From Podarcis erhardii (lineage: Eukaryota), in the NCBI GenBank assembly GCA_964252035.1, contig OZ176201.1: a stretch of DNA of 64,000 nt, one strand, 5' to 3'. The position numbers and the translations under genes are program-made. Under the pieces are notes generated by a model that was not told the origin of the DNA, ran no database searches, and saw only the letters and a program-made list of their open reading frames with translations. Below are positions 37,971 to 49,239 of this stretch, piece after piece. How positions within the stretch are numbered: the stretch's first letter is position 1; each line of letters opens with the position of its first letter.

Positions 37971-40900
37971 GGGAGAGTCTTAAGCAACTGTAGAACCATA
38001 GATCATCAAGAACGCCTAACTTAGTAGCCAAAATCAGTATGTACTTTTTTTCTTTAGCTGTTGACCGGTCAGTTACTGCTAGCCTGAGTGATGCTCGAGA
38101 TGCACTGGTGAATGCTGTAATAGATTCTCTGTCTGCGTACCGGTCCTCTGTCCTAACCATTCAGCAGCCTGGACTCATGGCTCCAATTTCATTACGTCTC
38201 TTCCCATTGTATGTGCTGGCTCTCTTAAAGCAGGTAAGGACAAAAGTAAATTTGAAAACATAATATCCAGGATATGAAGGTCCCGAGATGTGCACCAAAA
38301 TACATGGAAACACTGGCTTTTACCATTTCCTCTGTCCACTGCAGCTCCAGTGGTTTTTCAGTGTTCCATTTTGGCTTCCCTGAAACTTTACAAGTTGTGG
38401 TTAAAGCTTTTTGACAGCAGGTTATGATAGGAAGTTGTTCCTCAAGTCCTGGTGTGTGAGGAGAAACTGGCCCTCTGGATTTAGACTAATGAATCCTTCC
38501 TTCTAGATTGATTAGTGTTTGTTGCTGTTGCACTTTCAAATTTATTAACTGTATTAAAATCAGACTTTTTCAAACAACATGAATTTTATACAAACAAATA
38601 AGCAGAACACAGATAGATCTTGGTGTGTTGCCCTCTGAGATGTCCTTTCATCTTCCTCTCTTACATTATTACCAAATGGGATATAAATTGTATGCTATGC
38701 TGTGTATGTTTACTTCCTGAGAAATGGATGTGGTAATGATGCTACTTTTATTCACAGAAAGCATTCCAAACCGGGACAAACATACGTTTAGATGATCGCA
38801 TCTTTACCATGTGTCAAGTGAAGAACCAACCTTTAGTGTACCTCATGCTTATGATGCATCCTAATTTATACCGAATTGACAATCTCACAGACGAGGTATG
38901 ATCATTTTCCTCTAAATTGTGCCTGTAAACACTACCTCTTAGGCCTCGATAAGGTTTTGCCATGATTAAGGTTAATCATAGGTAAAGGTAAAGGGACCCC
39001 TGACCATTAGGTCTAGTCGTGGACGACTCTGGGGTTGCGCCGCTCATCTTGCTTTATTGGCCGAGGGAGCCGGTGTAAAGCTTCCAGGTCATGTGGCTAG
39101 CATGACTAAGCCGCTTCTGGCGAGCCAGAGCAGCACACGGAAACACTGTTTACCTTCCTGCCGGAGCGGTACCTATTTATAATAATAATAATAATAATAA
39201 TAAATTTTATTTATATCCCGCCCTCCCCAGCCGAAGCCGGGCTCAGGGCGGCTAACAACACTAAAACAGTACAACATTATAAAACATTATAAAAATGGAT
39301 TAAAATGAATTAAAATCAAAATTATCTACTTGCACTTTGACGTGCTTTTGAACTGCTAGGTTGGCAGGAGCAGGGACCAAGCAACGGGAGCTCACCCTGT
39401 CGCAGGGATCCAAACCACCAACCTTCTGATCGACAAGCCCCAGGCTCTGTGGTTTCACCCACAGCGCCAACCTCGTCCTTTAAGGTTAATCATAATGAAG
39501 GGTAAAATGCAGTTGCAACATACGGGTCGGTACATTGTGCCTTTTTACATGATAAGGTCTCTATTCCTATTGTTAATCAAGATCTGACCTGTAGCCTCTT
39601 CATATCTTACCAATTATATGCATATTTCTTTAGGGAGCACTCAATGTCAATGACAAAACAATACCTCAGCCTCCCATTCTCCAGCTGTCTGTGGAGAAGA
39701 TAAATAGAGATGGTGCCTACCTTATGGATGCTGGCTCTGTAAGTTACATTCTGCTAATATTCGTATTGTGTGCAAAATGTGGCTCACTCTCTTTGAAGCT
39801 TCATAGCTGTCATTTGCCAGAAAGTGTATGAGAGGAGTAAAATGCACAGAGTAATGTTTTCTGGTTATCCATGTCTGTCTTTACAGGTGATGTTTTTGTG
39901 GGTTGGAAAGAATTGTGGACAGAACTTTATCAGCCGTGTCCTTGGAGTTCAACACTATGCATCAATACCACACAATATGGTAAGAATGTGCAGGCAACTC
40001 CCAACTCGCAAAACTGTGCACAAGGGTGCACAGTGCCGAAAGGGTGCGGGGGCAGAACAGGGTCAGAATGGACTTCTGCACATCCCAGAATGGAACCCCC
40101 ATGTAATTGAGGATTCCTCTGTAATTCAGAAGAACTTCTGGCTCCTTAGAACTACGTGAAAAAGTTAAGCTACACAATTAAAATTCCTGCTGTGCAAACT
40201 GCAGTATTTTTAAGGATTGGCTTACAGGCAGCTCACTTCACCTGTTCTAATTTTTTGATATCCCTCACAAGTGTCTGAATTTACGGGCAGCATTCAGTGA
40301 AATAGTTGCACTAGTGCAGAGGGATGTCTTTCCTCTAGGATTCCTCCAGATTGGCTCCAAAGAGTTGAGAAAGCCCCCAGAGCAGATTTAAGGGTTGTGC
40401 AGGCAGAGGAGAAGGGGAGATGGTTCCATTGCATGAGGAGAAACCCTTACACTGATAGAATGATCCGCTTAACACAATGTTGAATACACCCTGTATTTCC
40501 TTATTTAGGGGAACAAAAATGTTTCCTCAAAGATTTTCCACTATGTAGGCCTGAGGGTGGGGAATCTCCAGACTGTGTGAGCTGCCATCATTTTTAAGGC
40601 TGTTTGCAAGTGGATGGTACAGAAATTGCTTGGATAGGGACTTTAGAGGCAAGTCCCTTTGACATTGTCACATGATGTCACAATGGTGTCAGGTGGTTGA
40701 GGGATCCACTTCCAGTCCTGAAGGAGACATTTGGGATAGGATCCAATGGAGTGCAAGCTGGTGTGCACTGCAGCATTGCCCTCTCCTCCTGTCCCATGCA
40801 CCCCAAAACTTGCGCTGGAGAGTTGGAGGAGCTTCCAGAGCGTGGGGGTGGGGAATCCTGTTGCACAAGCAAATTTCTATTGCACATGCAAGTGAACACC

Positions 40901-42899
40901 ATTGAATGCCTCTTTGTTGAAGTATATACCTTGTTCACTACCAATTAGCCAGGAGTTGAAGCTAAAGAACGGTGCAGAGAGTGAATCCTACTGCTGGCTA
41001 AATCTAAATCTAATCCTACTGCTGACTAAGTTTCAGAAGGGCTGCTCTTTCACCATGGTTGATTGATAGTGGGTTGCTGACAGACTGCTAATGGCATTTT
41101 GCACAACGCTGGTTTACTTGAGCAGCAGTGCCTGAAAAAATGCAGTGGGAACAGTTTTTGCCTCCTTCAAACAAATGAGGGTCACGCATATTCTTGCAGG
41201 TATAGGGGGGCCAGTATCAACCTGAATATATCTGAATATAAATAACCTGAGTACTTTAGATATTATTTTTGACTGGCATTCACAGTAGCTCTTTTTGTGA
41301 CAGACACAACTTCCAGAACTTGATACGGCTGAGTCTTCTAGAATGCTTGCTTTTATCTCTTGGCTGAGGGAGCAAAGGCCCTTCTTTCCTATATTGTATA
41401 TTTTAAGGTAAGTGGCATTTTTATATGAGAAGACTACATCAGCATCATCAGCATACAGACCTGGTAGCCGTGCAGCTTGCTGCTCACCTGGGGCAAGTAG
41501 CAACTGGCTCTCTGCGGACAGCTTAGTTACAAACTTCCTCTGTTGCATGCACCCCGCCTATTAAAGAGAGGAACATTCTTTGCCTGCTTGCTTCTGGCAG
41601 AGATAGAGTGAGACCACATTCAATGAAAGTAAAAAGGGGTAGCAACACTGATATTTGGTGGCATATGGGGAGTGTTAAGGGGTGTACAAATGGAGGGATG
41701 CTCAGACCCTTAAGTACTTACCTGAAATGGCCATGTTGTGGCATGCATGGAATTCGCACACAAGCCAGTAGTTCCCTTCCATTTCAATAGCAAGAACAGC
41801 TACAGGGCTGTCCCAAGTACTGCCATGAATGAAGAAGTATTTGCTTCCTCCTATCCATGTATGTATCAGAGTTTGTGCCCATGCAAACAGCATGAGCATC
41901 TTTAATGCTGTAGATTCCCGACATGTTGCATGGCGATTCCTGCCTCCCACCAGTTGGAATAAATGAAGACACAGGACACCGTTATTTTAGGTTAATGGGC
42001 AAAAAATGGCCACAACTTTATTGGTTACAGGTAAGAGCGGTATTGGCTTTAGGCATTGGTCCTATCAGACTATCCGGCATGAAACCGGAAAGGGTTAACA
42101 CCAGCAAGGGGAGGCCCTGAGATGCACATCCCTAGGCACTCCCCGAGGGGTCACCACTCAGGGGCGCACTTTAGGCCCTAGCCTCCATAGGTTTCAGACG
42201 AGGCAACGCCCTCTGGAATCCTTTACTGGACTACCCTTAAATATTTGGGGAGGTGATGGCGCTCCTCCCCTCCAACTCATCTGCATAATAATAATACCCC
42301 TACCAATGCCTAACCGCCAAACCAAGGACGTTGTGACAATTTGCTACGAGGTAGGCGAAGAAACCAAATGGCCAGTGCCAATTTGCCAAGTGGAAAAATT
42401 CCTACCAGGCCCCTTTCGGCGACCAACTGAAGTCCATAGCAAGGTCAGAGGGAAAACCTAGAGGGTGGGTGGGTGGGTGGGAAACCGCAGCTGCTGTGAG
42501 GACGAAAAGGGGAGATCCCGGGGCTGTGCCGACCTTAAGTGACCCAGGCCACGCCCCCTGGGGCTGACACGGCCCGAGGATTCCCCAGGTCGCGCGGGCT
42601 GAAGACAGCCCCGCGTGGTTGTTGGGGGCGTGAGCCCGCAACTCCACCTCCTACTTATGTCGAAAGTGGTTTTAACAAAACAGATTTTGCTTTTATCAGA
42701 CAATTCACATTGTAAATATTTTCTAGGAATAAAGCATTAAAAAGTCTTGACGCTCATGAAATTCTGTTTGCTTTTATTTTTAAGGGATGAAAGTCCATGG
42801 AAACCAAGTTTCCTGCAAAATATGATAGAAGACAGAACAGAATCTGCATTATCGTACTATGAGTTCCTTTTGCATATTCAGCAGCAAGTGAATAAATGA
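11848..42899 (+). CDS. SEC24A: Protein transport protein Sec24A (COPII cargo adaptor), 23 coding exons, 1096 aa
   Basis: Exons: 11848-11929, 21312-21830, 22822-22977, 24335-24412, 25698-25849, 26379-26551, 26953-27055, 28527-28653, 28937-29046, 31041-31153, 31949-32067, 32956-33011, 34383-34589, 34800-34920, 35255-35413, 36889-37062, 37597-37707, 38058-38233, 38758-38895, 39634-39738, 39887-39979, 41304-41407, 42785-42899 (3291 nt, all GT-AG, phases consistent). Zn finger CRSC...CNLC, trunk YLFVFDVS, cargo-site RRIRVHT, C-terminus YYEFLLHIQQQVNK*. A rather than B is supported by the N-terminus (MAQPG...NGPVQN) and CAMLG synteny. Confidence 0.97.
13053..13116 (+). mobile_element. CR1/L3-type LINE 3' remnant
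   Basis: AGGATGCTAGACTAGATGGGTCATTGGCCTGATCCAGCAGG...TTCTTATG; a related remnant lies near 63405-63465. Confidence 0.5.
14463..14699 (+). mobile_element. BovB (RTE) LINE 3' fragment
   Basis: TTTGGTCACCTCAT...GAAAAGACCCTGATGTTGGGAAAGATTGAGGG...GAGTCGGACACGACT...(CAA)n tail, typical of the BovB 3' end. Confidence 0.9.
14708..14843. mobile_element. Palindromic hAT MITE, 136 bp, young
   Basis: 58-bp inverted arms with 2 mismatches starting CAGTGTTTCCCAACC; perfect TSD TCTTAAAG (14700-07, 14844-51). Confidence 0.95.
15967..16206. mobile_element. Tc1/mariner (Tigger-like) MITE
   Basis: TA|CAGTCAAACCT...AGGTTGACTG|TA ends. Confidence 0.8.
19559..19919 (-). mobile_element. Sauria (POM-type) SINE, full length
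   Basis: Minus strand begins GGGACGCAGGTGGCGCTGTGG (tRNA-derived head with box B GGTTCAAATCC) and ends in the BovB-like tail; approximate TSD TGAACC(T)TAAAA. Confidence 0.93.
20914..21082. mobile_element. Tc1/mariner-superfamily MITE with CCGTATTTTT TIRs
   Basis: TA|CCGTATTTTTTGCACCATAACAC...GTGTTATAGAGCGAAAAATACGG|TA. Confidence 0.85.
23226..23345. mobile_element. Decayed palindromic hAT-type MITE
   Basis: CCTCAACCTCGTGCCCTCCAGATGTTG...ACTACAGCTCC...GGGCGTTATAGTTCAACAACCTCTGGAG; ends approximate. Confidence 0.6.
25426..25555. mobile_element. Decayed palindromic hAT-type MITE
   Basis: GTGGCCCTCCAGATGTTGCTGGACT...GGGAGTTGTAGTCCAGCAAAATCTGG; ends approximate. Confidence 0.6.
29341..29695 (-). 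mobile_element. Sauria SINE, full length
   Basis: Same body as 19559; (ACCTTT)n tail on the minus strand; flanking AAGGGGT duplication. Confidence 0.93.
33528..33753. mobile_element. Tc1/mariner (Tigger-like) MITE
   Basis: TA|CAGTGGTACCTCGGGTTAAG...GGTATCACTG|TA; close copy at 46040. Confidence 0.9.
35816..36080 (-). mobile_element. Sauria SINE, 5'-truncated (tRNA head missing)
   Basis: Body matches the other copies but stops at CGGGAGCT. Confidence 0.9.
37318..37396 (+). mobile_element. CR1 LINE extreme 3' end
   Basis: GGGGTTGGACTAGATGAC...TTTCCAAATCTACAATTCTATGATT with an ATTCTATG tail; flanked by near-identical TACA(G/A)TTCTATGATT. Confidence 0.75.
37941..37970. repeat. Compound (GT)4(GA)11 microsatellite
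   Basis: Read directly. Confidence 0.9.
38981..39479 (-). mobile_element. Sauria SINE with a nested insertion
   Basis: Perfect 15-bp TSD TTAAGGTTAATCATA (38966-80, 39480-94); body interrupted at 39181-39321. Confidence 0.95.
39181..39321 (-). mobile_element. L2-type LINE 3' tail nested in the SINE
   Basis: Minus strand reads ...GTTAGCCGCCCTGAGCCC...GGGCGGGATATAAATAAAATT(TAT)n; TTAT is duplicated at both junctions. Confidence 0.7.
41924..42677 (-). mobile_element. Probable solo LTR (754 bp) in SEC24A intron 22
   Basis: TGTT...AACA termini; on the minus strand a GC box GGGGCGTGGC and CTTAAG precede AATAAAGTTGTGGCC (plus-strand 42017-22); GC/CpG-rich relative to the flanks. The TSD is only partial (CGACA/AAACA). 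Confidence 0.62.
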
Positions 42900-45887
42900 G
42901 CCCCTTTCAAAGGACCGTTCCTGCATACAGAACACTTGTGCTTGTAATGCTCCTATAAAGTTTTTGGCCTGATGCAGTTGATGAGAATCTCACTGTGATT
43001 TTCAGAAAGAAAGGAAAAACAAAGCAAATAAAAGGACCACCAAATCTTGTACTTCAAACAATTAAAATCCATTTGAATATGTTGGATGCCTTTTTAATTT
43101 GCTGCAGAATGTTTCACTGTAAGTAGCATTATAAAGGCAATATTGAAGAGCTGAACCTTTATACAAGATTTTTTTTGTTCAAAATACTATGTTTCTAACT
43201 TTTTGTTTTGGTTTTTCTGCTTTGTTTTGCTGCTATATTTCAAACCTCCCAAGACTGAGTTGCAGGGAAACTATATTGTCTTGATTTATACAATATGTAT
43301 CACTAATTTTTTAAAAAATACATTTTTAAAGAAGCAATGAAACAATTCGTGGTGAACAAAATATTTAATGAACTTAGTTTCTAGTGCTTTTCAAAATGGA
43401 TTATGATAAGCAAGGCAGAGTAAACGTGAAGGGATCTGGCTGGATTTAAATGAATATGAAACAATTCATTTAAAAAGCTTTAAGATGCACCAGTATTCTA
43501 GTACCTGAAAGAACCATGAACTTGCACTATGTCCATTGAGAATTATAATCACATGGCCTGAATTGGCTACAAAAATGGTGACCATGGATTCTTGTCTTCG
43601 ATAGTAACATGATGTGTGTAAGTCTTAATTCATTAATTGAAAGTAAATAGGGGAACAGACTGTCCAACCAAAAGTCATGGATTGCATTTGATTAAATATA
43701 AAGTCACATTTTTATATTCAGTTAAGATTTTTAATACGAGTGCTTAATGGTGACACTAAGCCATAATCATCACGTTAAAAACAGTGTTGAGTAACTTGTC
43801 TAAAATCCAGATGAGCATCTAACATGCTGCCATTTAAAATTGAAAAAATGCAGGGAAGAATTTTTGTGGCTTTAATGGAAAAAGATTTCAGAAATCCCGC
43901 TTAATAGGCAAGAATCCCATTTTCTGCATAGTATAAGCAAGAATAATAAACGTTAGTTTTACTCATACCCAGGAAACTACTGTGAAATAAATCATGGCAA
44001 ACAGCATTAGTGTTTTTATGTAGATTACCATACAAGCAGCCAGCATTGGTATCATCCTTCATCCATGGTAGAACTTCAACTTGTAGCTGTCTTGGATTTC
44101 TATTTTCTCTCACACCTCTTCTCCTCTCCCAAGAAAAGTGGATCGGAAATATATTTCCATTGCACTTCTTCCTTGGTGTTCCTTTTGTGGAATGATACTT
44201 TGCAGCCATTTTTTCAGACCGTTGCTTTTGTTCAGTTATAGAAGATTAACTGAAATGTCCTCAGTGACGGGCATGGGTAAGCATTACATGCACAAAAAGC
44301 CACTAAAGTTCTCTAAAGAACTGTAGTGTTTATAAACCAGCATTTCGAATCGGAATACCAACTCTTATCTACTTCTAACAACATTGTCTGCTAATCTATC
44401 CAGTGTGTCAGAGTGGTCTATAAAAGGTTGCTTATAGAATTGTTTACTTTCATGTTACAGGTGGGGGTGAATCTCCCTCTTCAAAAGGGATTAAAATACC
44501 TGTTGAAATCTGCAAAAGAGAAGTTCCTTATTGCTGGTGTCATTCTTTTTTTTATAGTAGTAATCCAGTTATGGAGGTTGCTATCAAGAATGATATGCAC
44601 ATTTTCAGCATGTGATCATAATGCAGTGCGTGCTTGTGAGTACTGGAAATCAAAACCTGAATATTATTATTTTGACCATAGTTCCATTGACTCTTCTAAA
44701 CAAAAGTGTACAAAATATACCAAGAACAATTTGTGCATAGATTGTGTGCTTAGATTATTTTTCTGGCTCAGGCACAGGTACTGTGGATGGATAACAAATG
44801 CATCCAGCACCCCTTGGGTGAATAACTGCTCCATATACTGCACGCATAATATTTTGAACAGATAACTGGTGTCACCAGGCTTGATTGCACTCCTCGGGGT
44901 GGTGGGAGCCCTTAAATGTAGCACCATGCCCAGCTATCTCCTGTGCACAAAGATACTTTGTTTGAAGAGTGTGTCGTGGAGTGTGTGTATTTCAAACGTG
45001 GTTTCACTTCCTGTAAGACAGGATGATAGGCCTTGACTGAACTAGCCTACCTGAGGGAGAAAATGATTTCAAGAATAAATCCCTAATCTCCACCTCTTTA
45101 ACAAAAATAAAAAGGATGGTGAGCACATTATACTGTCTGGATAGGAATGCTTTTTAGAATGTTCATACTCTTTTTTGCAATATTGAATTTTCTAATTTTC
45201 CTCATGATGGACAAAACTACATCTGCTTCAAGTTGTACTCCTTTTTTAATAATAGGGATTGCAGGGCAGACCCATGTGTAAAATTGCCTATGCTATACTT
45301 TTACTTACAACTGTCTCTTTTAAGATCTGTCACAACTTAACTAGGCAAGAATGGCCCTGATGCTTCCATCTTAGCATGGCAGTTCACAACAGATGTTCTC
45401 TATTTTTCTAGTTTTAAGATTTTTAAACAATTTAGTATGATTGATGGATATGTTAAATTCAGTCAGCATCAAAACCATCCATTTTAATTAGCCTTTACAT
45501 TTCTGTAATTTCATAATTTGCAATAATGATGAGGTTTATTTTTATTCAAAATTAATTTAAAAGAATATATAATCATACAGAATGTGAAGGGACCATCAAA
45601 TGTGACATAAAGCTTCTGTCCACCTGTTACAGATTAAATCCTTACATAGTAAATTTGATTTTGTAAAGTAGTGTAAAATATTGTAATATTAATCCTTGTT
45701 TTCTGAACTCAGACATTGATATTCGGTGTGAAATTGTAAACCATGCTCTTCTGAAATTGGAGGCAAGGTTTTACTTGTTCCCCTTTTTACAGTTTGTAAT
45801 TTTCACTGTTTTATTCCTGTATAAAGTCATTTGTAACACATGCAAATGCTTATTTTAGCTGTGCTAATTTATCAAATTTGGCTACTC

Positions 45888-45893
45888 AATAAA
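45888..45893 (+). terminator. SEC24A: Probable SEC24A polyadenylation signal (3' UTR about 3 kb)
   Basis: AATAAA ending an AU-rich stretch that lacks obvious TEs, with upstream TGTA motifs; TEs resume at 46040. Confidence 0.6.
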
Positions 45894-46039
45894 ATTAATT
45901 GAAAGAGCTCACACAGAACTTCATCAGTCCTTTTTACAAACAGAAGTTGGACGCCACAGGAAACTTGGCAGTGTTAGTGCCATAGCCAGGCTTGAAGCCA
46001 GACTGGAATGGATCAAAGGAATCAGTTTCCTACCAAGTA

Positions 46040-46280
46040 CAGTGGTACCTCGGGTTAAGTACTTAATTCGTTCTGGAGGTCCATTCTTAACCTGAAACTG
46101 TTCTTAACCTGAGGTACCACTTTAGCTAATGGGGCCTCCCACTGCCACTGCACCACCACCGCACAATTTCTGTTCTCATCCTGAAGCAAAGTGCTTAACC
46201 TTGAGGTACTATTTCTGGGTTAGCGGAGTCTAACCTGAAGCGTCTATAAACTGAAGCATCTGTAACCCGAGGTACCATTG
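46040..46280. mobile_element. Tc1/mariner (Tigger-like) MITE
   Basis: TA|CAGTGGTACCTCGGGTTAAG...CCCGAGGTACCATTG|TA. Confidence 0.9.
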
Positions 46281-46718
46281 TATGCCTGAAGCTGGACTGC
46301 CATCACCTTCCTGGCCACCTTACCCCAAAAGGAAATATTCACCATTGTGCAATAGATTAACACTTCTGGGTCCAAGTAGGTTTTCTTGAGGAGATGTGTC
46401 ACTGCCTCCTCTATGACAGATGGTACTCCTCACTCTCTATTGAAGAATTAATCACTTCCTGAACCCACCTAATCAACTCCCTGAGCTAGCTCTAAGAAGC
46501 CATAATCGACAAGGGACAATGAGACCTGTGGTCAGCTACACTTCTCTAAACAGCTTGCCCACACCCTTAGGTTGCAATAAAGTTATCCAGTGCTCCAGAT
46601 GCCTTAGTTGGACTTAGTGTACCCACGAGGATACTGCCAACCACCCTATTCACAAAAAGTTACAAGTAGAGAGTCATTAGTGCACATAAAGGAGCTTAAA
46701 AGCAAATGTCTTCATTAT

Positions 46719-46721
<3 letters not shown>

Positions 46722-46753
<32 letters not shown>
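46722..46753. repeat. (AC)16 microsatellite
   Basis: Read directly. Confidence 0.95.
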
Positions 46754-46754
<1 letters not shown>

Positions 46755-47949
46755 AGGAAAAACTAAAAGTTTGTTTAGGGGGTGGTATGGGCATTGGCAC
46801 AACACTTATTTAGAAGGAGGGGAGGAATGAAGGATAAAAAACGAGCAAGTAAAACCGTAATTGCTTCATATGTTGTACAAATGTTAATGCTGCAATCCTA
46901 TGCTTGCTTGTTTGGATTACAGCCACTGAATATAATGTAAACATGCGTAAGATTTGGGGGTGCATGGATTTTACAAAATCTCAGAAAAGAGCATTTACAA
47001 TGGCAATGTATATTTCACCAAAACTTTAAAAACAACCAGAAACTATCAGGTATGCACAACCCCCACAAAAGACATGTCATGACATCCTTGGCACCCATTT
47101 GTATATTGACTCTATTGCTGTTTTTTGTTTAATTGAAAAACATAGGTTTAATGCAATTTATGAATGTTATCCTCTAGCTGTAAGGATTTCTACATTTAGG
47201 AAACAACCAGTCTATAATAGCATAGCAGGATGGGACAGCATTCCTTACTTGTGTAACCATAGAAGTGTGAGTAGAAGACTTGCATGTTTATGCAGAGATT
47301 GCTGGTGGGGGTGGTGAGTGCAGCAAAGAAAAACAACCCCTAATTGGTTTTGAGGATCTAGAGAGCAGTGGAAAGAAAGTAGAATGGGAACACATGGAAT
47401 TAAATGGAAGGTGCCTGAGTATGTCTTTTTGTGTTATCTTTGGAACACATTAACACAATGACACAGTCGCTTTCTCAAATTACTTGACAAGGCTTTAGAA
47501 CTTCTAAAATCACCCTTCAAGAATTCCAGTAAGAATGGTGCAGTCCCTTTTATATTCAGACAAAAATATGGTGATCTCTAAATCAAAATATTGCAATTAC
47601 AAAGGTGTGACAAAACAAATTTAAGCCACAGAAGAGGTGGCTAAGTGTGACATGTTTTATTGCAACAGTAGGGTTTTGAAATGGGCACTAATATTTTAAT
47701 TTTAACTTCTAAGTTATTAGCTGGACCAAATGATCTCACCTGCTAGACTTTTTTTTTTATCCATATGACGACACTGTCTGTAAATGACTTCACTGTTCTA
47801 GTTAAGTGTTCCTGTAAATGTGTATGTGCTAGTCTTTTTGTAAGCAGAGGGCATTCATGGTTCTGCCTGAGGAGGGAGAATATGAACCATAGAAAAATAT
47901 TTCTCCTAACAGTACTAGGAAGACTGATGCTGTAGTAAGTTTATTAGTA

Positions 47950-48173
47950 CAGTGGTACTTCGGTTTACGCACTTAATCTGTTCCAGAAGTCTGTTCTTAA
48001 ACCGAGGTGCGCTTTCCCTAATGAGGCCTCCCGCTGCTGGTGCCCTTCCACCGTTCGGATTCCATTCTTAGACCGAGGTAAAGTTTGCAAACTGGGACAC
48101 TACTTCCGGTTTTGCGGAGTTTATAAACTGAATAGTTCGTAAACAGGGCTGTTCTTAAACCGAGGTGCGGCTG
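47950..48173. mobile_element. Tc1/mariner (Tigger-like) MITE, related subfamily
   Basis: TA|CAGTGGTACTTCGGTTTA...TAAACCGAGGTGCGGCTG|TA. Confidence 0.85.
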
Positions 48174-48175
48174 TA

Positions 48176-48345
48176 TAGAATTGTAGAGTCGGAAGGGACA
48201 CAAAGGGTCATTGAGTTCAGCTCCCTGCAATGCAGGAATCACTGCTAAAGAATTCCTGACAGATGGCCACTACATTTGAGGTTTTGGTCTACCACCTTCC
48301 CAGGTAGTCTGTTCCACTGTCAAACAGCTCTTGCCATCAGAGGAC
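48176..48345 (-). mobile_element. CR1 LINE 3' fragment
   Basis: Reverse complement of ATTCCTGCATTGCAGGGAGCTGAACT...CCCTTCCGACTCTACAATTCTA, same family as 37318. Confidence 0.7.
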
Positions 48346-49239
48346 TTTGTCTATCTGCAAAACAGCTCTTAGGTTTGGAACTCCAAGCAAGATGACAGAA
48401 AGCATGGTTTAATTCTAACAGTGTCATTTTTAACACTCCATAGTAAGGAACACTTTATTATATTTTAAGTGCTGGTGTTTATGATTTCACATGTCAAATT
48501 CTGGAGGGTCTGCTTTAGATTTTGTTAGGGTTGTGAAAGAGTAAAGAGATTAATGTATATTTTGTAATTTTATGCATGAGAAACATCTTTGTATGCATTG
48601 CATAGCTGAGTCAGTTTACACTTTGAGCCTTGGAACAATCTTAGATTTCTTAACTAAATACAGCTCTTCCTGCTTTTATCTTGGACATCCCTGACCCCCA
48701 GGCATCCAGGTGTTTTTAGACACTCATGATAGGAGAGGGAGACAAAACCTTGTATGTGTGTACTTGCTGCTCTGTTTAATATATGTTTCCACAAAATACC
48801 ACAAGCTTCCATGAGAGATGTGATTAGCAGGCATTTTCTCGAAGACCAAATAAAAACGCTAAGAGCTATGAAAACGGGATCTGAATGAGACAAATCCTTA
48901 AAATATGGGCAAGTTATCTGTATTTCCTCAGATAAAGGTGCACGTTGCTCAAAATTTCTTAAAAGGGTATATTAGTTTTAAAGGAGCAAAATGGGTGCGT
49001 GATAATTTTTCTTTAAAGAAACCAAAAGGCTGTTTAAAAAACGAAAAAAATAAACACTAAAATTTGTGTTTCAATATGAGAAAGGCAAAAGTAAAAATCG
49101 ATATGCAATAGCTGTTGGCAGTTGTTCGTTCATAAATTGAGATCAGGCTATTCAGCTTGGATGCTGGGCTAATAAATGTTAACTCCAAAAATAAATCCGA
49201 TTGCGGACTTCTGGTGCTTACTCCCAAGTGCATAGGATT

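Noticed and set aside
41114-41548. 144-aa minus-strand ORF
   Set aside because: It is antisense over SEC24A exon 22 and intron sequence, with no domain or splice support.
42789-42811. ESPWKPSF versus recalled human ESPMKANF in the last exon
   Set aside because: The frame is intact and this is a variable loop; I cannot distinguish it from ordinary divergence without alignments.
44413-44865. 150-aa ORF downstream of the SEC24A stop
   Set aside because: It lies in the AU-rich 3' UTR, starts at a non-ATG codon and has no recognisable domain.
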